Assembly (NCBI GenBank): GCA_964016885.1
Contig: OZ024743.1
Coordinates: 81,344,001 to 81,408,000 of the forward strand
Reading direction: 5' to 3'
Length of the DNA: 64,000 nt
Source of the DNA: Eledone cirrhosa
Lineage: Eukaryota
The position numbers and the translations under genes are program-made. Below the pieces are notes generated by a model, which ran no database searches, was not told where the DNA came from, and saw only the letters and a list, made by a program, of their open reading frames with translations. This document shows, piece after piece, positions 51,849-64,000 of the stretch (positions within the stretch are counted from its first letter, which is position 1; the number at the start of each line of letters is the position of its first letter).

Positions 51849-53590
51849 AATATTCATTAGTTAAGAAAAACAAGACCACAAATTTCACAAGGGAGACATT
51901 ATTAAAAGATTGTCAACATATTTTAGTTTGATGTAAGGAATGTAGAGAATAATAATAATAATAATATTAATAATAATAATGTCCGTTTACAATTGTTTCG
52001 CTACTCCATATAATATTTCTGGATCAAATGACTATATATCATTATTGATCTGGTTCAGTTGAAAATAATTAACATATTTAAAAACAGAGCGGCTCATCGG
52101 AACTTCAAAGGAATATAAATTAAGATAAGGAGAGAATGTTACATAATGTAATGTTCCATATATTGGTATTTCACTATGGTGTCCTGGGTGTATCAATTGT
52201 CAGCCATAATCAAGCAGTATTCATCTGTCGTGGCTGCATTCTGTGAGATCTGCCTATGAGTAGCAAGATGGCCGCCAATGGACATATTTACCTTACTAAT
52301 TAGAGGGTGGTTTCAGGGGAAGTAACTCCTCGAAATTGTGGGTAGTTTATAGCTAAGTGCTAATTTTTTTATTTTTTTATTGAGAGACAATGTAAGGGAG
52401 GTAACTTATAATTATCTAAGTTAGTTATAGCTATTTAACTTATTAGCTACAAGTAAAAATGGGGCTAGATGACTATGTTGGGTCAAATTTTCTGTTGGCG
52501 AAGGAATTAGCCCTTCGATGTTGACAGCTAATCGTTACCTCCGTTCTATCCTTAATCGGTAGAGGTCGTGATGGATTTATGTAATATGTTTCGGTAATAC
52601 AGAGATCACAAGATTTTCTTCGTCCATTGAACGGTCGGGCCCTAGCTAAAATATCCCGTGTTAGTGAGTGTTCAATGTTGGTTAATTTAAGGTTTTTAAT
52701 GAGCCTAGCTAGAGATGTCAAACATCTGTTGTTAGGGTCTCGGAAGGAAAAAGAGTGCGCGTTATAGCGTACCTTAAAAGGGTTAGAGGTAGACCCGATA
52801 TAGGAGCTGGTATTCGAAGCAGTTTTAACCGTGCACCTATAGACTATGTTGGGTGTCAGGCAGTGTCCATTTAGTGGGCTTGCATTAGGGTAAGGGCAGT
52901 TGCAGTTGCTTCTGCGGTTAGTGAGAGTAGGGTAGTTTAACCTAAGCGGTTGGTCAGTGTCAGAAGGATTAGATGGGGGAGGTATGCTACTAGAGTAAGT
53001 ATTGGTGTAGTAGCGTGGTGTATTTGATAGGGGTGGTGGTACCGCGGTGTGGGAGTTATACTGTCTTAGTTTATGATGGTTACTGAATGCGATGTGGCTA
53101 GCTAGGTTAGGTGTTGTGGAGAGTGAGATTTTAATGTTATTTTTATTAAAGAGTTTGTAATATCTATGGTTGGGGTGGGATGTTTAGATAGGATAGAGAA
53201 GAAGCGTTTAGGGATATTAGTGGCTAGAGTAGATATTAATGGGGGGTTAAGCCAGGTGATATTTCTAGGCCTATTCCTTATAGGAGTTCTAGTGGAGTTG
53301 TAGGGGCCTTCCTAGGGTTATTATTACCTGGGGATTTGTTATTTGTCATCCCATTTGTCATTCCTATTGTAGGGTTGATTTTTAGTTTGCTACTTGGAGT
53401 GGGGAGCAGGCCGCTGCCACCATTAAAATTCCGGTGAATCTGGCTATATGCTAGGGTATTTTTTGTTCAATTGTAAATGGACATTACTATATTATTATTC
53501 TCTACATTCCTTACATCAAAATAAAATATGTTGAAAATCTTTTAATAATGTCTTCCTTGTAAAATTTGTGGTCTTGTTTTGCTTAACTAA

Positions 53591-53597
<7 letters not shown>
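51849..53597 (-). mobile_element. Penelope-like element (Naiad-like), 5'-truncated, inverted pLTR
   Basis: Inverted arms 51849-51995 / 53468-53597; minus-strand RNITWLNPP, YYKLFNKNNIKISLSTTPN, CNCPYPNASPLNGHCL..IVY..YIGSTSNPFKVRYNAH, CDLCITE..SCQH, stop at 52473. Confidence 0.9.
51985..52103 (-). ncRNA. Type I hammerhead, CCGAUGA core, ~95-nt stem II
   Basis: gtt-CCGATGA-gccgctctgt...[gatcaa..ttgatc]...atggagtagc-GAAA-caattg-TA-aac. Confidence 0.65.
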
Positions 53598-53625
<28 letters not shown>

Positions 53626-53628
<3 letters not shown>

Positions 53629-53820
53629 TATGTAAGTATAAAAAAAGCGCTCAAGCTTGGAAATGCTAAATGACAGCTCATGAAAAGATACGGGGTTCAA
53701 TTCCTCATAACGGCTGATGGCAACTTCTTTTTCCGTCTTTTAAGGGAGTTCGCCCTACTTTATGAATTGTCTTTTAGCATTTCTGAGCTTGAACACTTTC
53801 TTTATACTTATATATATTTA
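53626..53820. repeat. Diverged fold-back element
   Basis: ~60-bp inverted arms 53626-53686 / 53758-53820. Confidence 0.7.
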
Positions 53821-54002
53821 GTAATAATAATTGTTTCTACTTTTGGCACAAGGCCAGCAATTACTTAGTACATTACTGGTAATTTATTTTATCGACCCCG
53901 TAAGGATTAAAGGCAAAGTTAACCTCGGCGGGATTTGAACTCAGACCGTAAAGGGACGTAACTATGCTGGAAAGCATGGCGGCCGACTCTCTACCAATAC
54001 TG
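53821..54002 (-). mobile_element. SINE family S
   Basis: Reverse complement of the 6923 copy. Confidence 0.9.
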
Positions 54003-54120
54003 AGTAATAATAATAAATGCGAAGACTTCTGCGTTCACAGATTGATTTCTTTTCTTTTAGTTTCAGAAGATCTCGTTAAGCGTGAAAGCAGCGATTCTTT
54101 GCTTAAGCTTTAATCTGTTA

Positions 54121-54295
<175 letters not shown>

Positions 54296-54819
54296 GTGTG
54301 TGTGTGTGTGTGTGCGCGTGTGCGCGTGTGTGTGTCATGTATGTATTTCTATGTTCCCTCTTTATTGTATTCTCTCTTTCTCTCTGTCTCTTCCTCTATT
54401 TCCTTCTCTCGCCATCTTATCTGTCTTTCTTCCATATATTTACCCAGTACACAGAGAGAATTTAACCGACCAAAATTGATTCTTTCCCCACTACTTAACT
54501 TAAACACGATCATTTAACACTAATTGCTCGTCTCATTTCCTTACCAATCACCTCCCTCTCCCCCTCTTTCTCTTCGCCCTCTATCGCCTTCTCCCTTTCT
54601 CTCATTCAGCCCCACACCACTTCCTATATCCATCAATCTATCTTATTAAACTATTTGTCTAATCGATACTCGTCCAATTCGATTATGTCACAGTTTACAT
54701 CATTTTACATTAAACGACATGCTGTGAATTCAGTAAGTTGTGTTCTTATATCAAACAATAGAGTTTTGAAGAAGTCGGCAGCTATCAGCTTTTCATTTCT
54801 GTAAATATCAATCTTGGCC

Positions 54820-55497
54820 TTAGGTCCTCAAAGCGGGCTTTACACCCCCTGGGAGGAGGGTGTTTATTGAGTAGGTCAAAGGGACACTGGGGCCTAATGG
54901 GGGGGGGGGGGGGCAGAGATGATATAATAGTATATTAAATAACAAAATGATACATACTATATATAAATATAATAAAATAAAAAATATATATATATAATAT
55001 TTATTTATTCATGGTATATATTATATTATTTATTATATATATATTAAAATAGGCGATGGATTGGCAGTGTCAGTAGAGCGTCAGGCACCATGCTTTACAG
55101 CATAGAGTTATGGCCTTTTACGGTCTGAGTTCAAATCCCGCCGAGGTTAACTTTGCCTTTCATCTTTACGGGGTCTACAAAATAAAGTACCAGTTACGCA
55201 CTGAGGTCGAATTAATCGACTTTCTCTTCCGCCCAAATTACTGGCCTTGTGCCTATAAAAGAAACCATCCCGCCGAGGTTAACTTTGCCTTTCATCCTTA
55301 CGGGGTCGATAAAATAAAGTACCAGTAATGCACTGGGTAATTGCTGGCCTTGTGCCAAAAGTAGAAACAATTATATATACATTAATTATATATTATTTAC
55401 AATTTGCCTGTAGGCAGGTCTCTCAGTAGGTTTGGGGCTCAGAAGGTATTACGTGGCTGTGGGGAGGGGCTTTCGCCCAAAATGTTTGAGAACCTCT
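54820..55497. mobile_element. Probable hAT-type MITE with nested SINE
   Basis: Ends ggtcctcaaag... / ...gtttgagaacctctg resemble hAT terminal inverted repeats. Confidence 0.45.
55051..55373 (+). mobile_element. SINE family S plus a duplicated 3' half
   Basis: Full copy to ~55265; partial copy 55268-55373. Confidence 0.9.
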
Positions 55498-55652
55498 GAT
55501 ATAGGCGGAGAATTGGTTGGGTCGCTAAAACGTTGGGTAAAACCTTTCAGGGAATTCCTTCCCGCATTTAACTTTATGTAATGAAAAACCATCAAGGTCT
55601 GCCATTCGTCCTTTCGTGATCGTGAAATAAAGTACCTATCTAGTAGTATGGT

Positions 55653-55732
<80 letters not shown>

Positions 55733-55861
55733 TCTCTCTCTCTCTCTCTCTCTTTCACCTCTTTCATCTTTCTCTCTCTCTCTCTTTCTTTCTCTTTCTA
55801 CCTAGCTGCATTCAGATCCAGTGAGAGATGGGCTCCATTAGGTTTAGAATATATATATATA

Positions 55862-55923
<62 letters not shown>

Positions 55924-56102
55924 TGCGTGCGCGTGTGCGTGCGAGTGTGTGTGTGTGTGTGTGTGTGTGTTATATGCATATGTATATATATTAAATATAG
56001 TTATATATTGTGAGTATGTGGGTGTGATGTATATGAGAATGTGCTGCACCTGTGACTCAACTGAAATATATTCAATATATATATGAATATATATATACAT
56101 AC

Positions 56103-56176
<74 letters not shown>

Positions 56177-56182
56177 GTATAT

Positions 56183-56214
<32 letters not shown>

Positions 56215-56263
56215 GTATATATATATGTATATATATATATGTATATATATATGTATATACATG

Positions 56264-56316
<53 letters not shown>

Positions 56317-56331
56317 GCATATATATGTATA

Positions 56332-56372
<41 letters not shown>

Positions 56373-57327
56373 GAAAAACAGAAAATATAGAAAATATAAT
56401 CATGAACACACACATGTGTATACATCTATAAATATATACATACAAATACACACATATCTATATATATATATACATATATACATGTGTGTGTGTGTGGGGG
56501 GGGGGGGTATACATATATATATATATTTATTTATTTATATATATATATGTATGTGTGTATGTATATATGCCTGTGTGTATGTATATATATATATATATAT
56601 GTGTGTATGTATATATATATGTGGCATGTATATATATGTATGTGTATATGTATATATATGTATGTGTGTATGTATATATGCATGTATGTATGCATGTGTG
56701 AATGTGTTCCTGAATATCTGTACATAGATTGTAATGATCTAGAAAAAGACAGAGGCAGTGACATAAAAAAAAACAAAGAGAGGAAGATAGTGGAGAGAGA
56801 GATAGATAGATAGAGGGAGAGTGATAGAGAGAGAGGGACTGAGAGAGAGAGGGTGGGTGAGAGAGAGAGAGACAGAGAGTGAGAGAGGGAGTGTGTAAGA
56901 GAGAGGAAGGAAATGAAGAACTTGATAACATTTGGATGTTTTCAAAAAATATTTAGCCTAATTATTTCCCTTTAAATATCGCCCTCTCCTTTTTTTGGCG
57001 CTATTTCCTACCTAATATATTTCCGCATTGCTGTGTATTTATTTGCTCATATTTTTTTGCTGACAAAAATCTGATAGCTTCACTGTGATGTTTATAAAAT
57101 GTGACACTTTACTATAGAATGTTGTAGAGAAAAAGACATTGACATGTAGTCTCAAAGGACATAACAGTCCACCGTCTCTATTTACTCCAATAAACCTTTC
57201 TTTCTTGTTGGTTGGTTTTTGTTGGTTCGTTAAGTTTTGTTTTGTTTTTTGCTTGATTTTTGATTGTTTGCGTTCGTCCTGCATTCGTCTCGATTTGAAC
57301 TCAGATAACTAAAATAATGAAGATGAA

Positions 57328-57622
<295 letters not shown>

Positions 57623-57895
57623 GCAAATGTAGGAATAGGAAAACGTAATTAAAAATGTATATAATAGAATATTGAGGTAAAGAATATATATATATGTATA
57701 TAAGGATGATGAGAATGTGGGGGCGGAGGAGGATAGGGAGGAGGAGCAAGAAGTGGGGAGGAGGAAGATGGGCAGACCATGTGGTCTTGTGAAACAAAAT
57801 GCCTTCCTTTTTATGCTATGTGAATGTTCGAATTTATTGCTCATGTCAATGATGGTGCTAGTAGTGAGCTGTTTATTATGGCTGACTTGGGTCTA

Positions 57896-60800
57896 AACAA
57901 CAACACCACAAACAACGCCAACAACACCAACACCAACAACAACAACACCAACACCAACAACAACAACACCACCACCAACACCAACAACACCAACAACACC
58001 AACAACAACACCACAACCACCACCAACACCAACAACACCAACAACACCAACAACGCCAACACCAACAACACCAACACCAACAACAACAACACCACCACCA
58101 ACACCAACAACAACAACACCAACACCAATAACACCAACACCACCAACAACAACACCAACAACACAAACAACACCACCACCAACACCACCAACAACACCAC
58201 CACCACCAACAACACCAACACCAACAACACCAACAACACCAACAAAACCAACAACACCAACACCAACAACACCAACGACAACAACAACAACAACACCACC
58301 ACCAACACCAACAACACCAACAACACCAACAACGCCAACACCAACAACAACACCACCACCAACACCAACAACACCAACAACACCAACAACGCCAACACCA
58401 ACAACGCCAACACCAACAACAACACCACCACCACCAACAACAACACCAACAACACCAACAACACCAACAACACCAACAACACAAACACCACCACCAACAC
58501 CAACAACACCAACAACACCAACAACACCAATACCAACAACACCAACACCACCAACAACACCAACAACACCAACAACACCAACAACACCAACACCACCAAC
58601 AACAACACCACCAACAACAACACCACCAACAACACCAACAACAACACCAACAATAACACCAACACCAACAACACCAACAACACCAACAACACCAACACCA
58701 ACAACACCAACACCACCAACAACACCAACAACACCAACAACACCAACACCAACAACACCAACAACACCAACACCACCAACAACACCAACAACACCAACAA
58801 CACCAACACCACCAACAACACCAACAACACCAACAACACCAACAACACCAACAACACCAACACCACCAACAACACCAACACCAACAACAACACCAACAAC
58901 AACAACACCAACAACACCAACACCACCAACACCAACAACACCAACAACACCAACACCACCAACAACACCAACAACACCAACAACACCAACACCACCAACA
59001 ACACCAACAACACCAACAACACCAACAACACCAACAACACCAACACCACCAACAACAACACCACCAACAACAACACCACCAACAACACCAACAACAACAC
59101 CAACAATAACACCAACACCAACAACACCAACAACACCAACAACACCAACACCAACAACACCAACACCACCAACAACACCAACAACACCAACAACACCAAC
59201 AACACCAACAACAACACCACCAACAACACCAACACCACCAACAATAACACCAACACCAACAACACCAACAACACCAACAACACCAACACCACCAACAACA
59301 ACAACACCAACAACACCAACACCACCAACAATAACACCAACACCAACAACACCAACAACACCAACAACACCAACACCAACAACACCAACACCACCAACAA
59401 CACCAACAACACCAACAACACCAACAACACCAACAACACCAACAACACCAACAACACTAACAACACCACCAACACCAACAACACCAACAACACCAACACC
59501 ACCAACACAAACAATACCAACAACACCAACAACACCAACAACACCAACAACACCACCACCAACAACAACACCAACACCACCAACAACAACACCATCACCA
59601 ACAACACCAACAACACAAACAACACCACCACCAACAACAACACCAACACCACCAACAACAACACCAACACGAACAACACCAACACCACCAACAACACCAA
59701 CACCAACAACACCAACACCACCAACAACAACACAAACAACACCAACACCACCACCACCAACAACAACACCAACACCAACAACACCAACACCACCAACAAC
59801 AACACCAACAACACCAACAACAACACCAACACCAACAACACCAACACCACCAACAACACCAACAACACCAACACCAACAACACCAACACCACCAACAACA
59901 ACACCAACACCAACACCAACAACACCAACACCACCAACAACACCAACAACAACAACAACACCAACAACACCAACACCACCAACAACAACACCAACACCAC
60001 CAACACCAACACCACCAACAACACCAACAACGCCAACAACACCAACAACACCAACAACACCAACACCACCAACACCAACAATACCAACAACACCAACAAC
60101 ACCAACAACGCCAACAACACCAACAACACCAACAACACCAACAACGCCAACAACACCAACAACACCAACACCACCAACAACACCAACAACAACACCAACA
60201 ACACCACCAACACCACCAACACCAACAATACCAACAACAACACCAACAACGCCAACAACACCAACAACACCAACACCACCAACAACACCAACAACACCAA
60301 CAACACCAACAACACCAACAACACCAACACCACCAACACCAACAACAACACCAACACCACCAACAACACCAACAACACCAACAACACCAACAACACCAAC
60401 AACACCAACACCACCAACACCAACAACACAAACAACACCAACAACACCAACACCACCAACAACAACAACAACACCAACACCACCAACACCACCAACAACA
60501 CCAACACCACCAACAACACCAACAACACCAACAACACCAACAACACCAACACCACCAACACCAACAACACAAACAACACCAACAACACCAACACCACCAA
60601 CAACGCCAACAACACCAACAACACCAACACCACCAACAACACCAACAACACCAACACCACCAACAACACCAACAACACCAACAACACCAACACCACCAAC
60701 AACACCAACAACACCAACACCACCAACAACACCAACAACACCAACAACACCAACACCACCAACAACACCAACACCACCAACAACACCAACAACACCAACA

Positions 60801-61380
60801 ACACCAACAACACCAACAACACCAACACCGCCAACACCAACAACACCAACAACACCAACAACACCAACAACACCAACACCACCAACACCAACAACACAAA
60901 CAACACCACCAACACCAACAACACAAACAACACCAACAACACCAACAACACCACCAACAACACCAACAACAACACCAACAACACCACCAACACCACCAAC
61001 ACCAACAATACCAACAACAACACCAACAACGCCAACAACACCAACAACAACACCAACAACGCCAACAACACCAACAACACCAACACCACCAACAACACCA
61101 ACAACACAAACAACACCAACAACACCAACAACACCACCAACAACACCAACAACAACACCAACAACACCACCAACACCACCAACACCAACAATACCAACAA
61201 CAACACCAACAACGCCAACAACACCAACAACACCAACACCACCAACAACACCAACAACACCAACACCACCAACAACACCAACAACACAAACAACACCAAC
61301 AACACCAACAACACCAACAACACCACCAACAACACCAACAACAACAACACCACCAACAACACCAACGCCACCACCAACAC
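57896..61380 (+). repeat. 3.5-kb (AAC/ACC)n satellite, base unit aacaacacc
   Basis: Direct reading; rare variants recur (caataacacc near 58651 and 59104; aataccaacaacaacaccaacaacgcc near 60227, 61007 and 61190). Confidence 0.98.
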
Positions 61381-62534
61381 GACCATGTAATGGGGCTTAA
61401 GCCATCTCTGTCAATTGACCTTTAAACATTCGTCTTCTCAACGCTGTCTGATTCACAACAAAAACAACACCAATAAAAACACCAATGATGACAACGACAA
61501 TAACAGTACCATCATGTCACCCTACCACCAATCAGCTACACACAAAATCACTAATAAAACCGATCTTTCAACATTGGGCTGGTGAATTATGATTAGTCTT
61601 GGCTAAACAACAACAGCATCAACAATGAAAACAACACAAAATCCAACATCACTTTGTCCATTGATTACAACAATAACAATAATGGATGTATCGTTTGGGT
61701 ATCAGCCATGATAGCACAGTGTTGTATCTCGTCTAATATCCTCAACTGTTTCAAAACTTCAAGTTACATCTGTATAAGACTTATATAAGACATATATTCA
61801 CTTAGATAGAATCAACAGCTGTCAGTTTAGCTTATAACAATTCATGTTATATTTTCAACATTTTAGTTTCTGTGAGATAAAAAAAAACAATTTGATGTAT
61901 TAGCTACAGTACATGAATTATACTCGATTTAGAAACCATAGGAAGATGAAAGCTATTGCCGGAATGATTTGAACTGAATACATTATTTAATACAATTTAG
62001 AGAAGAAAGGAGACAAAGCATACACAGTAGATCAGACTTGTGAAAATTAAGCGTCTGGAGCCCTCATGAAAAATTATAGATCAATGACTCTAACAAATAT
62101 TTCTTTGGAGGAGAACTATGTATCTCGTTTCAATGTTTGTAATAGAGTGAACGCCGTTTAATACATTTACCTAAAAAGTAACTGTGATTAAAAAAGTGAA
62201 CCAAAATCTGAAGCCTGGATATCTAGCGCCTGGGGTTTGCTCGCTAATGTTAAGTGCCACATTCTCCCAAATAAAATAAATTCATCTTACAGTTTAGTAC
62301 GCTGACAAAATTATTTGACACTTTTTTGCTCTAGACACACTAAAACATTATCAAGCTTGCATTTTCTAGTACAGAGTATACCCTCGTCAACATCAAATCA
62401 TGTGACAGGAGATAACACCATACGGTCCACTCTACCACCATGAGTATTTCCAGAATGTTGCTACGTGGTAAAGGTGTTTAGTAATGTATTTTCTAATCGT
62501 AGGAAATTATTATATATTGAATTTAAATATACAA

Positions 62535-62676
62535 CAATCATGGGCAAACTGCGACCCGTTTTGGCTATTTGAATGGCACGGCGAATTTCAAAATTGACTT
62601 GAATTGTTTTGTAGAGTAGCCTGCCTTATGATGAGCCTATGCGGCCTACTGCTCGAAAAATGTTGGCCATACCTGC
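62535..62676. mobile_element. Probable hAT MITE
   Basis: catgggcaaactgcgacccg ... gcggcc..aaaaatgttggccatacctg imperfect terminal inverted repeats. Confidence 0.55.
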
Positions 62677-62814
62677 TCTACAAATTTGTACGAAAATGTG
62701 GTATTTTATAGTTCAGTGGGTTCCCCTGGAAACTATAATTGTAGGGCCGGGATGCCCCTACTACACACGAAGTCGTCGTTGGGGATAAACTGTCTTTTAC
62801 GGTTAATGCTTTAA

Positions 62815-62930
62815 TTTCGAGTGTTCAGTTCACGATCGTAAGGTTATGAGTTCGATTCCCAGCGGCGTAATACGTCCTTCAACAAGACTTCATTTCAAGT
62901 TTTTCTATTTTATCAGCTGCCAAAAATAAG
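62815..62930 (+). mobile_element. Decayed SINE (family T)
   Basis: cacgatcgtaaggttatgagttcgattccc B box; gtccttcaacaagac core. Confidence 0.55.
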
Positions 62931-63300
62931 TTTTACTTTTATCTAAAAAGACGAGTTTTATTACATACTGTGTCTGCGAGTATCTATGGAATGTTCAGCC
63001 ACTTACAGGTTAGTTCCATAAAGACGCTCCTGCATAGGAGAAACAACAACAATACATGTCGTTGCAATCGAGGGAAGTCCAACGCAGTGATGCTGACAAG
63101 TTTGATCGGTTACACCTACCACACAGATCGTATAAAATCAATTTAGTCAAGACTAATTAATACGCAACTCTGAAAGATACAAAAGACAACAATCTTCAAA
63201 ATGGCTGACTAAAAACGTCTCTTTTTTTCACACTTTGTTTTTCTCTCGTTTTCCTCGTTCCTTCCTCTTCTCACTCTTTATCTTTCTATTTTATTTTATA

Positions 63301-63336
63301 TCTTCTGATGAAGGACTAGTATCCGAAATGTTAAGA
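63301..63336 (+). ncRNA. Minimal type I hammerhead
   Basis: tctt-CTGATGA-a gga ctagta tcc-GAA-ATGT-T-aaga; palindrome probably ACGT decayed at CpG. Confidence 0.7.
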
Positions 63337-63654
63337 CTCTCTCCCTGCTATTTCAAGCGTTAAACTAATATATTTCTTAAATGTACTCTGTCGTTTGCTT
63401 TGTTATTTCGGTTTAATTTCTACATACCTCTATATAATCACTTGCATTGCTAGATGTAGTAGTCAATTGTCCTTGGAATCATACTGAAAGTGGATAATCT
63501 ACTCATTAATCTGTCACACCCACATAGGAAGTCCCTAGCAAGATACGGCGACGCATTTACCCATAGTCACATACATACAAGTACATGCATGTATACATAA
63601 ATACATACATACATTTATACAAACGTACACGCATACATACATACATATATATAT

Positions 63655-63701
<47 letters not shown>

Positions 63702-63865
63702 GTTGAAAATGAACAAACAAAACCCAGGAGGCAATTTTACACAGTTATATTAGGTTGACGCTTGATGGAAGTGGGGGGAATATATATATAGTTGTTACAC
63801 TTTTAAAACTAGTGAATCATTATTCAACAGCAAACTTAAAGAGAGTATATCTATATATGCGCGCG

Positions 63866-63926
<61 letters not shown>

Positions 63927-64000
63927 AAACATAAACACGTGTTAATTTAAATCAAGCAATACCTCGTTTCACGTGCCACTTAATAATATGAGTAGGTTGA

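Noticed and set aside
57824-61390. 1188-aa Asn/Thr ORF as a mucin-like or antifreeze-like gene
   Set aside because: AAC/ACC repeats cannot form stops; no signal peptide, domain or splice context; the N-terminus comes from a repeat tail

Overview
Eukaryotic, AT-rich, repeat-saturated window with no supportable host gene. The SINE families and the very high microsatellite load suggest an octopod cephalopod intron or intergenic region (inference). It holds decayed non-LTR retroelements of five groups: RTE (2 copies), Tx1/L1 (3 head-to-tail copies, one near full length), CR1-like, R4/Dong-like and Penelope-like elements (PLE; 3 GIY-YIG-coding copies). It also holds many tRNA-derived SINEs, probable hAT MITEs, minisatellites and several kb of (TA)n and trinucleotide arrays that produce most of the spurious ORFs. 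The main hidden signal is RNA structure. About ten unrelated type-I hammerhead ribozyme (HHR) families sit in PLE-type terminal repeats, mostly as fold-back inverted repeats inserted in (TA)n. They include a compensatory C3U/G8A core, U4C cores in both Naiad-like PLEs, ~90-nt branched stem II inserts, and a hammerhead-shaped family with no canonical core. A SINE that appears to share its 3' tail with the Tx1 LINE is also flagged. All structures were paired by eye; none were computed.
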